From: a virus
Taxonomy: Duplodnaviria > Caudoviricetes
DNA length: 62,282 bases
Virus record (IMG/VR): IMGVR_UViG_3300006930_000010
Location: 1 to 62,282 of that record
Direction: 5' to 3' (one strand)
The notes beneath the pieces were generated by a model, which ran no database searches, was not told where the DNA came from, and saw only the letters and a list, made by a program, of their open reading frames with translations. Within the stretch, counting starts at the first letter, position 1. Every line of letters begins with the position of its first letter. Both the position numbers and the translations under genes were made by a program. This document shows positions 1 to 9,398 of the stretch, one piece after another.

Positions 1-387
1 AGTAACCAATCAGATCCAAAATAGATCCACAAAGAACCACGAATTTCTGCGGGTCTTATTCATTTGGATCTTTGGTTGTCATCGAAATTTTGTTTTTTAA
101 TATTAGTTTGGGACACCAGAATTCAAGATTGATAAGATAGAAAACCCTGGTACACCACGTTTTTTGTATTAAGTACTAAGAACCAATTATTTTCAGGATA
201 ACAATATAACAACCATTCAACCAAATATGTATAACCCCTGATTTTACGTGGTTCTCTTTGGTTATTTTTTGGATCTGAGAGGATTGTGATTACGTACACA
301 GTAACCATTTTCTCTAATTGATGATTACCAATTTTGAGTTTCTCACGGAACTAGCCTCTAGTCTTGTGTATTCTTTTAATTCCCCAG

Positions 388-416
388 TTGACTTTTGTTA
401 TAATCCATAGTATAAT
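388..416 (+). promoter_or_regulatory. sigma-A-type promoter
   Basis: TTGACT-17bp-TATAAT upstream of AGGAG RBS and ATG 438. Confidence 0.8.
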
Positions 417-437
417 AAGAATAAAAAGGAGTTATTT

Positions 438-1247
438 ATGAACAACTTAAACACATTTACCTATCTAGAAGATCCAGATCAACCAAATGATGCTCTATGG
501 CAGAAGTCCTTTAAGATAATGCAGGAGAGAGGTGTCATACCACAACCAATAGATCCTGAGGATCCATTCTCAGTTGATTATGAACCACATTGGATTATCT
601 CTGAGGCACTACTACAGTCAGGTATTTACGTACCCGGCATGCACGGGAAGACCCTGGGAGTTCGTAAACCGAGGAACATAATCTACTTGTTATGTCATCC
701 AGAAGCAAACAGCAGAGGGAGCAAGATCATACAATGTTGTGGTGAACCAAATTGTGTTAACCCAGCACACATGTATGTAGTGAGCAATAAGTTGAAGGCT
801 TACGACCAACTTTATTCATTCATAACAGATGAAGAGTGGACGTTGATCCGAGGTGAGATGTTAGTGCTTGAAGTTAGAAAGGCCATGTCCGAGCAGTTGG
901 TGCATGAGGCGGCGAAGGAAGGAAAGAGCATTCAAAGAGCCACACAGGCATTTGAGTTCTTCAATGGTACTAAAGATCAAATATTCACTAGAGCGGTATA
1001 CCGACACGCTAAGAATATACCAAGTATGGAGGGAACCGAGACAATCGTACCAGTGTTGGAACATCTACAGTTACTTACAGTCTATGGTGAAATGAGTAAA
1101 CCGGCAAGAATGTTAGTTGAACAAATACTCTCGATGGAGCCTCCTAAAAACTATGAGGGTAATAGAGTGACTGATGCACTACACTTTGTATCTGACTGGT
1201 GTGGAGAGGAAGGAATGAAGGAGGCACTACAATGTTTAAGTGTTTGA
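438..1247 (+). CDS. hypothetical protein with HNH/His-Me-finger-like Zn loop
   Basis: 269 aa ORF with RBS; CCGEPNCVNPAHM resembles the CxNxxCVNPxHL loop of HNH homing endonucleases. Confidence 0.55.
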   Translation: MNNLNTFTYLEDPDQPNDALWQKSFKIMQERGVIPQPIDPEDPFSVDYEPHWIISEALLQSGIYVPGMHGKTLGVRKPRNIIYLLCHPEANSRGSKIIQCCGEPNCVNPAHMYVVSNKLKAYDQLYSFITDEEWTLIRGEMLVLEVRKAMSEQLVHEAAKEGKSIQRATQAFEFFNGTKDQIFTRAVYRHAKNIPSMEGTETIVPVLEHLQLLTVYGEMSKPARMLVEQILSMEPPKNYEGNRVTDALHFVSDWCGEEGMKEALQCLSV

Positions 1248-1402
1248 CCTGCAAAAGACTAATGACAATAGATCCACTTTGCGACCACTGTCGGCACCTG
1301 TCGGAGAAAACAATTCGTAAATTTACAAGCCACTATGCGCCAGATAAGGAACTAATCAAACAGCGAAAGGAGAAACTTAATGAGCTCATACACAATAGTT
1401 AA
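1232..1402 (+). CDS. small CxxC zinc-finger protein
   Basis: MFKCLTC...CDHC; GGAGG RBS before ATG 1232. Confidence 0.6.
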   Translation: MFKCLTCKRLMTIDPLCDHCRHLSEKTIRKFTSHYAPDKELIKQRKEKLNELIHNS

Positions 1403-1631
1403 GACCGGCAACCTATGGTTTGCTATCCACGAAGATCTCATCGATGAGAACGGCAATCTGAAACGAGAAGTTAACGCAGTCGAAGGTATGGCCGACGAAC
1501 ACAAAGCAATCGTCGAAGGCCGAGTGTGGCGAATGGAACGTTACGAGGAGTTGAAGGCAGCTAATCCAGAGATGGATCAGGTTGCTTTGACCCTGCAGGT
1601 ATTCGAAGAAAGTTTGAGGTTAGGGATATGA
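1380..1631 (+). CDS. hypothetical protein
   Basis: AAGGAG RBS, overlapping-gene chain. Confidence 0.7.
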   Translation: MSSYTIVKTGNLWFAIHEDLIDENGNLKREVNAVEGMADEHKAIVEGRVWRMERYEELKAANPEMDQVALTLQVFEESLRLGI

Positions 1632-1915
1632 GTAATCCACGCTGTCGTATATGTTTACATGCAATCAAGAAGTATACAGAACAACCATGCAACCGATGTA
1701 TATTCAATCCGAACGTGATTGGATACACAACATATTCCTTTGAGGAAGTACCGAGGGTAAATAGCGAACGCCGACTGTGGCGATGTATCTATAAAGACAC
1801 GCACACGTATGTAATCGCGCTAAACATTGATGAAGTAAAGGAACTACTAAATATTAAGGATGATCGGTTCGCTATCATTGAGCCGATGACATTCGAAGAA
1901 TCGAGGGTATTATGA
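1628..1915 (+). CDS. hypothetical Cys-rich protein
   Basis: ATGA overlap, CxxC pairs. Confidence 0.65.
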   Translation: MSNPRCRICLHAIKKYTEQPCNRCIFNPNVIGYTTYSFEEVPRVNSERRLWRCIYKDTHTYVIALNIDEVKELLNIKDDRFAIIEPMTFEESRVL

Positions 1916-2103
1916 GAATATATCATTTCGAGTTTGCAGGAGAAGCATTAGGTGGTTCAGCTGTGGTATTAGCTGAGCACGCCACCGGCGCTAAGAATTT
2001 CCTGATGGCGACACATCCAAACCTGCATGGTGTTGAGTTGGTCAAGATTGAGGAAATGAAACCACTACCGATGGAGGTGCACTTTTGGGACGGAGACTAC
2101 TAG
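1912..2103 (+). CDS. hypothetical protein
   Basis: ATGA overlap, GAGG RBS. Confidence 0.65.
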   Translation: MRIYHFEFAGEALGGSAVVLAEHATGAKNFLMATHPNLHGVELVKIEEMKPLPMEVHFWDGDY

Positions 2104-2267
2104 ATTGGATAGTGGACTTCTGGGTAATAGCAATTACCTGGGATCATCAAGAAGTTATGAGGTATATCCACATTAGAGAAGGACAAAAGCTCCGCGAGAA
2201 GCAGCTTCGCCAGAAACGCTAACCATGGTACTCGAACCTAACCCTGTGTCGAATTTCAAATCCCATG

Positions 2268-2296
2268 TTGACATTTCTTTCGTTTCATAGTATAAT
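2268..2296 (+). promoter_or_regulatory. sigma-A promoter
   Basis: perfect TTGACA-17bp-TATAAT. Confidence 0.85.
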
Positions 2297-2337
2297 AAGG
2301 GCAACAAAAGAAATAAATAAACTTTGTGGAGGTACTC

Positions 2338-2634
2338 ATGAAACAAACTACAATTTCCCCAGCAGCGGTGGCCAAGATTGATACACTAGATCAATTGTTA
2401 CAACACACCTATCAGATGACGAAACGTCTGATTGATGCAATGGAGTTAGACCAGTGTAAGAACTTATTCACAGACCTACAACGACGAATCGAACACATCT
2501 ATGTGAAAGTGAATATGCCTGGTGTGAGACCGAATGACTTTAGTGCTCTGATGAGTGGTCTGAAGAAGTTGGAAGTGATTTATGGGTACTTCTTTGATAG
2601 AATGAACCAAACAACGTTTATGGAGGTGCGCTGA
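2338..2634 (+). CDS. hypothetical protein
   Basis: GGAGGT RBS before ATG 2338 (MKQTT). Confidence 0.7.
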   Translation: MKQTTISPAAVAKIDTLDQLLQHTYQMTKRLIDAMELDQCKNLFTDLQRRIEHIYVKVNMPGVRPNDFSALMSGLKKLEVIYGYFFDRMNQTTFMEVR

Positions 2635-2678
2635 GCTTGGCATCGCCAAGTGAAGCACTCAATTAGGAGGTGAGATAG

Positions 2679-2978
2679 ATGTTAGGTAGAAGACAATACG
2701 CAGTTATGCAAGTCGCATCTGATAATGTTCAGCATACTACAAAAGAACTGTTGGAAGGAGCAGCTCGAATAGAGATTGAACATGATTGGCCCAAAGCCGG
2801 ACAGGCACAGCATTATCTTCGAGATCGTGGAGATTGCTTTTGGAGAACAGATACGCAGTACGTATTGACAATACTAGTTGGACGAGGACTACTGAAACGA
2901 ATGAAGGTTGGTTACTATAGAATAACCAGAAAGGGCACAGATGAATACAACAGAGCAAATGCGAACAGAAATAAGTAA
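2679..2978 (+). CDS. hypothetical protein, possible winged-helix
   Basis: AGGAGG RBS; C-terminal LxxxGLLKRxxxGYYRITxKG wing-like motif. Confidence 0.6.
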   Translation: MLGRRQYAVMQVASDNVQHTTKELLEGAARIEIEHDWPKAGQAQHYLRDRGDCFWRTDTQYVLTILVGRGLLKRMKVGYYRITRKGTDEYNRANANRNK

Positions 2979-2993
2979 GGTATACGGCAAGAA

Positions 2994-3371
2994 GTGGAAG
3001 CAGAAGTGTCTCAAGATGACAACAGAACAAGTTGTAGCGATTTACAAATCATTCCAGAAAAGAGGATTAGTATTATGAAAGCGATAGTTGCACTAAGTAA
3101 AGAGGAGTTCACACATTTTCAAACTATACAAAACAGTTTGTATAGCAAGATTCAGGGGCACAACATGGACGAGCTGATTACATACACAAGACGATCAGGA
3201 TATGCACACTACAAGTTTGAAGGGATGTATACAGACAAACTAGTAGAACTGTTAGGTAGAGAACCATTACCTAACGAGATCATTATGCTGGTTGATGGAG
3301 GATTCAGTCACTTTGGAGCAGAATGTCACATTAGTGGACACACATTCAGCGGAAAGGTGAATACAGACTGA
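2994..3371 (+). CDS. hypothetical protein (start may be ATG 3075)
   Basis: ORF track; AGAGGA RBS before internal MKAIV. Confidence 0.6.
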   Translation: MEAEVSQDDNRTSCSDLQIIPEKRISIMKAIVALSKEEFTHFQTIQNSLYSKIQGHNMDELITYTRRSGYAHYKFEGMYTDKLVELLGREPLPNEIIMLVDGGFSHFGAECHISGHTFSGKVNTD

Positions 3372-3402
3372 TGTATGCGCATAGTAAAAAGAGCATTATC
3401 AT

Positions 3403-3633
3403 ATGTGCCTGTATCATAGGTGCATACCTACTGTTGAGGTTGCTACTATGATGAAGGAGATATATTATTTCACATTCGGTTGTGGACAACCACATGAAGG
3501 CTGGTGTCAACCAATACTAGCAGAAGATGGTCAAGTGGCTAGAGCTAAGATGGTTGAGCTGTATGGGAACAAGTGGTCCTTTCAGTATAATGAACCACCT
3601 ACGGAGAAACAAATGATGCTAATGGAGGCGTAA
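3403..3633 (+). CDS. hypothetical protein
   Basis: YYFTFGCG...ARAKMVELYGNKWSFQY small phage-type protein; start probably at MMKE. Confidence 0.6.
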   Translation: MCLYHRCIPTVEVATMMKEIYYFTFGCGQPHEGWCQPILAEDGQVARAKMVELYGNKWSFQYNEPPTEKQMMLMEA

Positions 3634-3634
3634 A

Positions 3635-3835
3635 ATGAGTAAATGTGCTAGCTGTACTGTCCAGCATAAGGCAGACCGCGGTAATAACAGTTATCGTGAG
3701 GAGTGTGAAGGAATCTACCAGGGACCAGATTGTGTGGACACCCTGATAAGACTGGCTTTTGACCAACGACAAGAACTCAAACAGTGGCGTGCAGCTACAT
3801 ATAAAGCAAGGGGGAAGAAGAATGGGAAAGTATGA
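3635..3835 (+). CDS. hypothetical Cys-containing protein
   Basis: GGAGG RBS. Confidence 0.6.
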   Translation: MSKCASCTVQHKADRGNNSYREECEGIYQGPDCVDTLIRLAFDQRQELKQWRAATYKARGKKNGKV

Positions 3836-4892
3836 ATTAAGCCTAACACCAGACTATGTACCTGATTGGACGATAGTTGAGGCAGTTAGAGAGTTCTATC
3901 AGAACGCTATCGACCAAGGTGAGATGTTTCACTACTACGAACCTGATATGGAGACCCTAACAATCGGTAACAAGAACGCTGTATTAACAGCTAATACGTT
4001 ATTGCTTGGTGGAACAACTAAAGCTGGTGACGAGGGTAAGATTGGAAAGTTCGGTGAAGGATACAAGATAGCAACGCTAGTAGCTCTCAGAACTGGTCAT
4101 CCGGTAACGTTCTTTAACTACGGTAAGAAGGAAGTATGGAGACCTCGATTTGTCGAGTCTAGACGATACGGTACCAAGATACTAACATTCTTCACTGAGA
4201 AGTTTACTTGGACTACTCCTCCTGATAATCATCTAACGATCACGATTGACAATGTGACCCTGGAAGATTATGCTCAGATTAAAGAAGGTGTTCTGTTCTT
4301 ACAAAATCAAGGACCAGTACACAGCACCCAGTTTGGTGATATTCTACTAAGTCCAGAGCAGGCAGGTCGACTATACGTTGAAGGTTTGTTTGTATCACTC
4401 AGTGAGCTAACCAGAGGATATAACATTAAGGCTAGTCATGTGAAACTAGACAGAGACCGAAAGATGATTGACTCCTTCGATGCTAAGTGGATATCTGCTC
4501 AGATGTGGATTGATTCTAAATCACCCGACATAATAGAGCTGATCAATGATAAGTGTGTAGATGTTGAGTACGCTGGGAACTTTAAGTTCCGAGTAGATGC
4601 AGACATTGTTGATACCGTACATGACCAGTTCAGAGAAGAGCACGGAGACAAAGCGATACCATTTAGACGACAAGATCAGTTGGCCTCTATCATGGAAGAG
4701 TATGAAGATGCAGTACCAGTGCATGTTACGGAAACACAATATGAACTACTGACTGTGTCTAATTCATACAGCATTACAGCTACCCCAAAGGAACAAGTAT
4801 CGCAGGAGGATCGATTAGAAGCTTGGCTAGACAAAATAGGAGATAGATTGACAGAGGACGAAGTTAATGAGTTGCTTGATATATTCGGATGA
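3822..4892 (+). CDS. GHKL/HATPase-domain ATP-binding protein
   Basis: EAVREFYQNAID (N box), GGTTK...IGKFGEGYK (G boxes); start MGKYEL. Confidence 0.75.
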   Translation: MGKYELSLTPDYVPDWTIVEAVREFYQNAIDQGEMFHYYEPDMETLTIGNKNAVLTANTLLLGGTTKAGDEGKIGKFGEGYKIATLVALRTGHPVTFFNYGKKEVWRPRFVESRRYGTKILTFFTEKFTWTTPPDNHLTITIDNVTLEDYAQIKEGVLFLQNQGPVHSTQFGDILLSPEQAGRLYVEGLFVSLSELTRGYNIKASHVKLDRDRKMIDSFDAKWISAQMWIDSKSPDIIELINDKCVDVEYAGNFKFRVDADIVDTVHDQFREEHGDKAIPFRRQDQLASIMEEYEDAVPVHVTETQYELLTVSNSYSITATPKEQVSQEDRLEAWLDKIGDRLTEDEVNELLDIFG

Positions 4893-5103
4893 AGTAGTAA
4901 AGGAAGAGGCTAAAATGTACTTGTTAGGACAGTCTATGAGAGACATATCTAAAGAAACTGGAGCGTGTCTCTCCTCTGTCCACCATCACTTAGCTCACAG
5001 GCTAAAGGATATTTCATATGCTGAGTTCGCAAAGGTCGAGACTCTTCGACATACAAATTGTACTCAGTGGATAAAGGAGCAACGAGATGCCGCCAAAGTG
5101 TAG
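4867..5103 (+). CDS. SpoIIID-like HTH transcription regulator
   Basis: SMRDISKETGACLSSVHHHLAHRLKDIS parallels SpoIIID TVRxxAKxFGVSKSTVHKDLxERL. Confidence 0.6.
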   Translation: MSCLIYSDEVVKEEAKMYLLGQSMRDISKETGACLSSVHHHLAHRLKDISYAEFAKVETLRHTNCTQWIKEQRDAAKV

Positions 5104-5196
5104 ATATTGTGGTTCATACCACACCAAGATGAAGACGTATTTGTTGGAAGGCAAGATAGTTCTTGTGATGTATTGTGAAGATTGTAGGAGGATGTT

Positions 5197-5448
5197 ATGA
5201 ATTGCGATGGACAATGTAACCCAAAGGGTAAAGAACCGTGTACGAAGGAATGTAAGGAGATAAAAGTTGATACGATCAGAGCTGAATCGTGTGCAGCACT
5301 AGATAAGAAGCTAACAGAGTCACTTAACAACGGCTGGGAGATCATTGGTGATATTAGAACAGTACACTTACCTAGATGTACTACACCGATAGTCCATTAT
5401 GTAACATTACGAAAGGAGGTCACATATAATGCAGCAGGCAAGATGTAA
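5197..5448 (+). CDS. hypothetical protein
   Basis: AGGAGG RBS. Confidence 0.65.
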   Translation: MNCDGQCNPKGKEPCTKECKEIKVDTIRAESCAALDKKLTESLNNGWEIIGDIRTVHLPRCTTPIVHYVTLRKEVTYNAAGKM

Positions 5449-5653
5449 GTCACTACTTAAAGTAGATATTCCAGAACATCCATACGCTAAGTTCCAGTGT
5501 GATCTGGGATTCGAATGGGATTGTGTAAACTGTGGAGAGTTTGAACCAGAGTATTGTATATTATCAAAAGGAGACCCTTGTGAATACAAGGAGGCAGGTG
5601 ACTGTACACTGACCGGTGAAACTTGTGTACCGGTAGGGAGGACTGAGGAATGA
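5429..5653 (+). CDS. Cys-rich hypothetical protein
   Basis: AAGGAGG RBS, 8 Cys. Confidence 0.6.
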   Translation: MQQARCKSLLKVDIPEHPYAKFQCDLGFEWDCVNCGEFEPEYCILSKGDPCEYKEAGDCTLTGETCVPVGRTEE

Positions 5654-5814
5654 TAAAGTGTAACTATTGTGGTAGCGACGCTCGCTACTGGACCAAGCAT
5701 GATGATACAATCGTTTGTGTTTGCGAGAAGTGTAAAGAGGGTAGATGTCATAAAGGTATGATAGTACCAATAGTATTGGTGGTGAGTCTGTTATGTCTGA
5801 CTGTCCTCATCTAG
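5650..5814 (+). CDS. small Zn-ribbon plus C-terminal TM protein (not in ORF track)
   Basis: own translation: MIKCNYCGSDARYWTKHDDTIVCVCEKCKEGRCHKGMIVPIVLVVSLLCLTVLI; ATGA overlap. Confidence 0.55.
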   Translation: MIKCNYCGSDARYWTKHDDTIVCVCEKCKEGRCHKGMIVPIVLVVSLLCLTVLI

Positions 5815-5996
5815 ACTATCGATGTAGACCCAAAGGGGACAAACTAGTCCCCTTCTGTATAAAGCAACAAAGATTCATGACACACCTACGATCGCTAGGC
5901 TGTAAGACTGACGCTTTTAGCGAGAATGTGTGTAAGGAGGAAAACAATGAGATGCGACCGATGTCACAAGAAGGTAGTGAACACGATCACAACTAG
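5793..5996 (+). CDS. hypothetical Cys-rich protein
   Basis: ORF track, co-oriented chain. Confidence 0.5.
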   Translation: MSDCPHLDYRCRPKGDKLVPFCIKQQRFMTHLRSLGCKTDAFSENVCKEENNEMRPMSQEGSEHDHN

Positions 5997-6156
5997 TATC
6001 CCTAATTATGCAATGGAGACGTTTCCAGAGTTCATTGATGATGGAGAGGTTAATGAGGTACTCGTCGTGATCGGTGGAAGTCCAAAGACGTTATGTTACG
6101 ACTGCTATGTCGTTGTGTGTGATAAGATGAGAGAGGTAATCAATGAGCTATCATAA
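5947..6156 (+). CDS. CxxC...CxxC zinc-finger protein
   Basis: AAGGAGG RBS before MRCDRC; LCYDC. Confidence 0.6.
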   Translation: MRCDRCHKKVVNTITTSIPNYAMETFPEFIDDGEVNEVLVVIGGSPKTLCYDCYVVVCDKMREVINELS

Positions 6157-6334
6157 ACCATGTATGAACCTGGTGTCTATGTACAAGGATCGAGATGCGA
6201 TCCATATGTGTACAAAAACAAGAACGAGAGTGCAGAAAGTTGCAATCTGCGGATGTCTGTCGGATTTAGGAGGAACCCATGACTGCTACTGCACCATGGA
6301 GATGTTGGAGGAATTAGATGGAAACAATAAATAA
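6143..6334 (+). CDS. Cys-rich hypothetical protein
   Basis: GAGGT RBS. Confidence 0.55.
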   Translation: MSYHKPCMNLVSMYKDRDAIHMCTKTRTRVQKVAICGCLSDLGGTHDCYCTMEMLEELDGNNK

Positions 6335-6455
6335 GACGAGTCGGTTTGCCGCATTGAGAAAACCCTACAAGGCACCAAAGAAGATTGGACGTAATGATCC
6401 ATGTCCATGTGGAAGCGGTAAGAAGTATAAGAAATGCTGTCTTGCACACGATTAA
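6318..6455 (+). CDS. stand-alone SEC-C motif microprotein (not in ORF track)
   Basis: own translation [45 protein letters not shown]; GGAGG RBS at 6307. Confidence 0.8.
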   Translation: METINKTSRFAALRKPYKAPKKIGRNDPCPCGSGKKYKKCCLAHD

Positions 6456-6637
6456 CATATTATAAGATGACTAACGGAGTAATCTGGCCAGTATGTACAC
6501 ATCCAGATTATATGAGTTATCTATTGACAGAAGCTCTATGTCACCAGGACCACGAAAATAGAAAGGAGTGCTATGAGCATTCGAGAATGGTTGATTTGGA
6601 AGGCCTTCCAACCACACAAGAGGGGGAGGGAAAATAA
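6434..6637 (+). CDS. hypothetical protein
   Basis: ORF track, overlapping chain. Confidence 0.45.
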   Translation: MLSCTRLTYYKMTNGVIWPVCTHPDYMSYLLTEALCHQDHENRKECYEHSRMVDLEGLPTTQEGEGK

Positions 6638-6785
6638 GAGCGCTACCGCAGCTCAGAATACGCTGGACCGCTTTTATGCAGACTGCAACAAGTGCGAGCA
6701 TAGAACTAAGAACTTCTACAAAGAGGAGCCATGCAAGACTTGCACTGATTCAGTAAACCCAACAAATATGTACACACCTATATAG
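6573..6785 (+). CDS. hypothetical CxxC protein
   Basis: AAGGAG RBS; CNKC, CKTC. Confidence 0.55.
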   Translation: MSIREWLIWKAFQPHKRGRENKSATAAQNTLDRFYADCNKCEHRTKNFYKEEPCKTCTDSVNPTNMYTPI

Positions 6786-6809
6786 GGCGCGAAAGCGTCC
6801 TTTTCTTTT
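6784..6809 (+). terminator. intrinsic terminator
   Basis: AGGGCGC-GAAA-GCGTCCT then T-rich tract. Confidence 0.75.
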
Positions 6810-7078
6810 ACCCTGCCGTCGCCCGAGCTGCCTTCGGAATCGACACAACGCGCTCAACTAAATTGACGGGGAGAAAATTCAAGGTCCAGGCTCCGACTTG
6901 TTGGAAAGAGTTTAATCTATCGTCCGGCGAAGCTGAATCCGGGCGGTCGAGCTCTGAATACACTTTAGATGGCTAAAGCAACTAAAGCCCTATAAAACGA
7001 CCGGCGCGTGCTGCCGTTCGAGTTTCGTGCCGTAAATGCTACAACTGGTACAACCCCTGGGAGCCCAACGTCGAACAA

Positions 7079-7103
7079 AGAAAAAGCACCATATAGGTGC
7101 TTT
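7079..7103 (-). terminator. intrinsic terminator for primase operon
   Basis: AAAGCACC-ATATA-GGTGCTTT with A tract on + strand. Confidence 0.65.
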
Positions 7104-9390
7104 AACTACAGTGTAGTGCTACGTTCATATCATACGAGATCTGAGCATCGAAGTCAGTAACCTCCTTCATCCTTACATCTAAGAAGAATAGCTGACTCTT
7201 CCACCCACTGGAGGTTTTCGCTCTCAGTGACTTCTTTGGATATAAACCATGTAATCGAGTAACGAACTCCTGCTGTCCAACACTCTTCATTCCAGCCTCA
7301 TTACACCATTCTTTATACGTCAGGTATACCGCTTTGGCTAATAGTGAGGTTTTATACGAACTCTCAAGGACTGGCGAGGGCTCCAAACAAGAATCGGCAA
7401 ACGCAAGTACATTATCATTATCACGTCTGTATGACTCTTTAGCATCAATCATAGCCTGACCCATCGTCCACTCACCTGTGGCGTTGAGTCTGATAAGTCC
7501 TTCAACTGCCCACGATAGTAAAGCTGATCGACCATCCTCACTCATCATTGTACCAATCAGGTTGGTATAGTAGCTGGTATCAGGTTTAAACTGTCTTGGA
7601 AAGTGAACAACCTGCATACGAGAATACCAACCATGTGTTTTATCAGCCGTTCTTGGTAACTTGTTCGCTGAGAATAGTAACTTACAAACAGGAACGAAGT
7701 CGAACTCCTTACCACCTTTGTACTCAGCTCTAACTCGGTCACCAGCAATGATTTGCTTAAGTGTACCAGTCTTGTCTAAATAAGTAGAGTCTATATCTGA
7801 GCACACTACCAACAACTTATCGATAATACATGAGGAACCAAATCGAGAACTTAGAGCTGTCGGTGTTGTTACGATTGAGCTCTTTGCAAACAATATGTTG
7901 ACTATATCTAGGAATAGTGACTTACCATTGGCACCCTCACCATGTAGGAATACAGCAGTTCTCATCTTACACGAAGGAAGTAGTGCATATCCTATGTACT
8001 CCTGAAGGAACATAATAGTCTCATCATCAGGTAACCAAGATTTTAGTGCCTCCTGCCACATTTTAGCTGCTGGGCTCTGACTTGCATCAGGATTCCACGT
8101 AGCTTCAATCATAGCCGTATGTCTGTACTCATGAGACCATGGAACTAACTCTTGATCCTTCCACTTTAAAACTCCATTTGGAAGTGCAATAGCATCTGTA
8201 TACTGGTTATCTCCTAGATTAAGATCAGCTCCATCTCCATACCGATTAATACTACGAATGATCATCTGCTTATAAACTTCTATGATCTTCTGCATTGTAG
8301 CTAATGAAGCATCTAGATCTGCTATAAAAGCACTTAGCTCTGTATAAGCTATCTCATCCTCAAGCATAATCCAAGGTCCTTGAGCTGTTGTCGTTCTGTA
8401 CATCTTACCTTTGGTCTGATTGTATATCCAGAAGACACCTGTATTGTTTAGTTTAGCTTCAAACAGTTCTGCTAATGCCAATGGATGGAGTTCTTGTCTA
8501 CGTCGTTGTGTTTGTAACATCTTTTGATGTTTCTGCATCTCTGATTCGTAGATAGACTCAACCATAGCACTAATTTCTCCCTCAGTGAGTGGAGGTTTGC
8601 AGAATATAATATTCTGTTGCATAGCTGTCTGTTTGATGACATCCTTACTGATGGTTCGTTTAGCGCATAATGATCCAACAAATCGAGTCATATGATCACT
8701 ACGACCACCCTCAAAGCTCGTATTGTTAAACTCTTCAAGTACCACTGGTGTACTTAATTTTACTCCGTCTGTCGCCCATGGAAGGTCTTCTGCCTGATCT
8801 TGAACCTGTACCAGTTGTACGATCCAATCTGGGGCCATCGCCAGGTCACATTCAAAGGGAGCATGTCCATCCATCCAGGTATAAGTTCTACCAGAGTGAT
8901 GTACTGATGGTGGTAAAACTGTCTGCTGACCGTGAGCAATAAAAGCTAACTCCTCATGTCCTTCAGACCATGCGATCTTATTCTTCTTTGTCTTTAGACC
9001 ATCAGGTAGCATGTACAACAATCGTCTACCATTACCTGATGTAAATTCCCACGTAGCTGGAACTTTATGATCTTTACTGACCTGCTGAAACGTTTCTTCT
9101 CCTAGCTCACCATCGATATCTACTCCAACGAGATTCCAATTATCGGTTTGACCTAAGACAAGACCTATGTTGATGTATCTATTGGAATTGAACCACTCCT
9201 CTAGATCGTCTTCATCCGTACTTTTATGTTGTGTCCATTGTTTCAGTATAGGTGCCTTACCAGGAGACTGACATCGCTCCTTATGGTTATCAGAACACCC
9301 ACGATGATTATGAGAGCATAATGGAATGATAGGAAGATCAAAGTTTAAATAGGAGTAAGCTGCATCTTTTATCTCTTCATAACTATTCAT
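7102..9390 (-). CDS. bifunctional primase-polymerase / D5-like SF3 helicase
   Basis: N-terminal Prim-Pol (NIGLVLG, VDID, PPSVH), PriCT-like region, Walker A GEGANGKS, C-terminal D5-type domain. Confidence 0.9.
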   Translation of the reverse strand: MNSYEEIKDAAYSYLNFDLPIIPLCSHNHRGCSDNHKERCQSPGKAPILKQWTQHKSTDEDDLEEWFNSNRYINIGLVLGQTDNWNLVGVDIDGELGEETFQQVSKDHKVPATWEFTSGNGRRLLYMLPDGLKTKKNKIAWSEGHEELAFIAHGQQTVLPPSVHHSGRTYTWMDGHAPFECDLAMAPDWIVQLVQVQDQAEDLPWATDGVKLSTPVVLEEFNNTSFEGGRSDHMTRFVGSLCAKRTISKDVIKQTAMQQNIIFCKPPLTEGEISAMVESIYESEMQKHQKMLQTQRRRQELHPLALAELFEAKLNNTGVFWIYNQTKGKMYRTTTAQGPWIMLEDEIAYTELSAFIADLDASLATMQKIIEVYKQMIIRSINRYGDGADLNLGDNQYTDAIALPNGVLKWKDQELVPWSHEYRHTAMIEATWNPDASQSPAAKMWQEALKSWLPDDETIMFLQEYIGYALLPSCKMRTAVFLHGEGANGKSLFLDIVNILFAKSSIVTTPTALSSRFGSSCIIDKLLVVCSDIDSTYLDKTGTLKQIIAGDRVRAEYKGGKEFDFVPVCKLLFSANKLPRTADKTHGWYSRMQVVHFPRQFKPDTSYYTNLIGTMMSEDGRSALLSWAVEGLIRLNATGEWTMGQAMIDAKESYRRDNDNVLAFADSCLEPSPVLESSYKTSLLAKAVYLTYKEWCNEAGMKSVGQQEFVTRLHGLYPKKSLRAKTSSGWKSQLFFLDVRMKEVTDFDAQISYDMNVALHCS

Positions 9391-9398
9391 AGACTCTC

